Below, one piece after another: positions 62,586 to 64,000 of a stretch of 64,000 bases of DNA. Source of the DNA: Nannocystales bacterium (GTDB lineage Bacteria; Myxococcota_A; Polyangia; Nannocystales; Nannocystaceae). The notes beneath the pieces were generated by a model that was given only the letters and a program-made list of their open reading frames with translations, was not told the DNA's origin and searched no databases. The translations under genes and the position numbers were made by a program. Position 1 is the stretch's first letter; the number at the start of each line of letters is the position of its first letter. Location of the stretch: the NCBI GenBank assembly GCA_050633305.1, contig JBOEGF010000010.1:704001-768000 (forward strand). The letters are read 5' to 3'.

Positions 62586-63356
62586 ATGAGGTTGCTCTCT
62601 CTCGCGACTCGGCGGCGGCTGATCTCCGTTGCGTTCCTCTGCTCTTCGGCTGCAGGAATCGAAGGATGTGGCTCGTTCGATCGTTGGCCAGCGCACGTGC
62701 CTGGTATCCAAGCCTCGAGTCGAGAACAACTCTTGCTGCCCGGTGGCGCCGTGGTGTTGTTTTTTCGCCACACTGGACCATTCGAGTCCGCATTCTCTGG
62801 ACTCGTCTCCGATCTGACCGCCGGCGGATGGCAGATCCTGGACAACAAAGGATCCCTGTACTCTCAGTCCATCTCCGGATGTGGAGTGAATTGCGACGAA
62901 CTTCGCTTTTACGCCGTTACGCGGCGAATGGGGCCGATCTCGGAGACGTTGTTGCGGGTGTCGGGTCCGGGGGAGAATCGGCCCGAGGTCCAACTCGAAG
63001 GGGCTTGTGTTCCGGTTCCGGTGGCAAAACGCAGGCTCGATCCTGCCTCCCGATACGGACGTGTCTTCGATGTTGACCTAGATCGGGATGGCCACTTGGA
63101 CGGCTACGTTCCGCGGTTCGACGGTGTGAATGTGGTCTGGGATGCGTACGTGATGCGCGGATCGTGTGGGCATCGCGTCGGGACCTTTGGGAGGCTGCCC
63201 TCCGATCCGCACACCACCGAACTGGGCCCCGCCGGGCTGGTCGCCGTGACCGTCGCGGAGCCTTCGGTCGACAAGGATGGCCGGCGTCGCAAGACTCCGG
63301 TCACTTATCGTTTCGACGGGACTCGCTACGTGCCGCCGAAACCTTCGCGGTCGTGA
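62586..63356 (+). CDS. Hypothetical exported protein
   Basis: Signal/lipobox-like IEGC; DLDRDGHLD Ca-binding-like motif; C-terminal YRFDG.RY. Confidence 0.6.
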   Translation: MRLLSLATRRRLISVAFLCSSAAGIEGCGSFDRWPAHVPGIQASSREQLLLPGGAVVLFFRHTGPFESAFSGLVSDLTAGGWQILDNKGSLYSQSISGCGVNCDELRFYAVTRRMGPISETLLRVSGPGENRPEVQLEGACVPVPVAKRRLDPASRYGRVFDVDLDRDGHLDGYVPRFDGVNVVWDAYVMRGSCGHRVGTFGRLPSDPHTTELGPAGLVAVTVAEPSVDKDGRRRKTPVTYRFDGTRYVPPKPSRS

Positions 63357-64000
63357 AACTCTGAGCGTCCGCATTCGCGGACACCAAGAGCGTTTCGCCG
63401 GGACGTTCAACGACCGCGAGGGCGATTGGGCCCGCACCGACGTCGAAGCGTTGCGTCGCTCCGAAGCGCCCCCCCCCGATCCCAGGGCGGACTTCGATCT
63501 GCTCCCGCTCGGATCGCAGCAAAACGATGTCGAGGTGCCCGTTGCGGTCGACGTCTCGGAGCACGCCGCCGCTCACTGGGCCGCGTACGAGCTTGTCGGG
63601 GCTGTCGAGCCAACCGAAGCCGCTGCTGTACTGAAGCCACGCTCCATCCGGTCCGGTCGCGAGGACGTCCGGCAGACCATCCTCGTCGACGTCCGCCGCG
63701 TCGAGCTGGTGAGGGGACTGCACCTGAGCCCTCCACTCATCTTCGAGTCGCCCGTGCGAGGCGTTTCGAAAGATCCTCAGATGGTCTGGCACCGGGGACT
63801 GCGGAGCGCCGGTTGTGAGCCCGGTGATCACATCCACGTGGCCCTGTCGATCGATGTCGACAAGGAGCAAGGTCGGTGCGGTGCGTCCCTTGGGATCGAG
63901 GGGGACCAACTCCGGCGGTGCGAACCCACCCGCACGTCCGTGCAGGAGATGAAGCTGGGGACGTAAGCCGTCGGAAGCGACGACGATGTCGGTGTCGCCG
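63301..64000 (-). CDS. FG-GAP/VCBS repeat protein, 5' end outside the window
   Basis: Repeats GDTDIVV, DIDRQGHVDV, DVDEDGLPDV, DVDRNGHLDI; frame open to the window edge. Confidence 0.85.
   Translation of the reverse strand, partial: GDTDIVVASDGLRPQLHLLHGRAGGFAPPELVPLDPKGRTAPTLLLVDIDRQGHVDVITGLTTGAPQSPVPDHLRIFRNASHGRLEDEWRAQVQSPHQLDAADVDEDGLPDVLATGPDGAWLQYSSGFGWLDSPDKLVRGPVSGGVLRDVDRNGHLDIVLLRSEREQIEVRPGIGGGRFGATQRFDVGAGPIALAVVERPGETLLVSANADAQSFTTAKVSAARSESRRNDK

Overview
Very GC-rich (roughly 68-70% by eye), gene-dense bacterial chromosome segment. Gene content (membrane Ser/Thr kinase-TPR plus ECF sigma pair, AgmX/PglI-type C-terminal domain protein, many Cys-rich lipoproteins, heme-lipoprotein/DUF1501 pair) points to a myxobacterium, probably Nannocystaceae-like; this is inference, not a database result. 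I can support about 55 CDSs, including housekeeping genes (hemL, gyrA, mobA, fdhD, kbl, SDR-type tdh) and two glycan clusters: one with a sulfotransferase (11-18 kb) and one bacillosamine-type (44.7-59 kb) lying between tdh and kbl. I saw no rRNA, tRNA, CRISPR array, integrase or transposase. Best candidates for undescribed systems: (1) a translationally coupled pair of isoprenoid-synthase-like proteins, the second (DUF5685-like) ending in a 28-Cys tail after a membrane/signal-like segment (22.2-24.6 kb); (2) a kinase-ECF sigma cassette flanked by two paralogous secreted proteins that share an upstream motif (2.3-7.2 kb); (3) a class III nucleotide cyclase lacking the purine-selecting residue; (4) a TerB-fused phosphatase with eukaryote-type PPP motifs; (5) pervasive leaderless-type promoter architecture and two small membrane peptides missed by the ORF track. 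Family names come from motif recognition by eye and need HMM confirmation. Many start codons were re-assigned relative to the ORF track.
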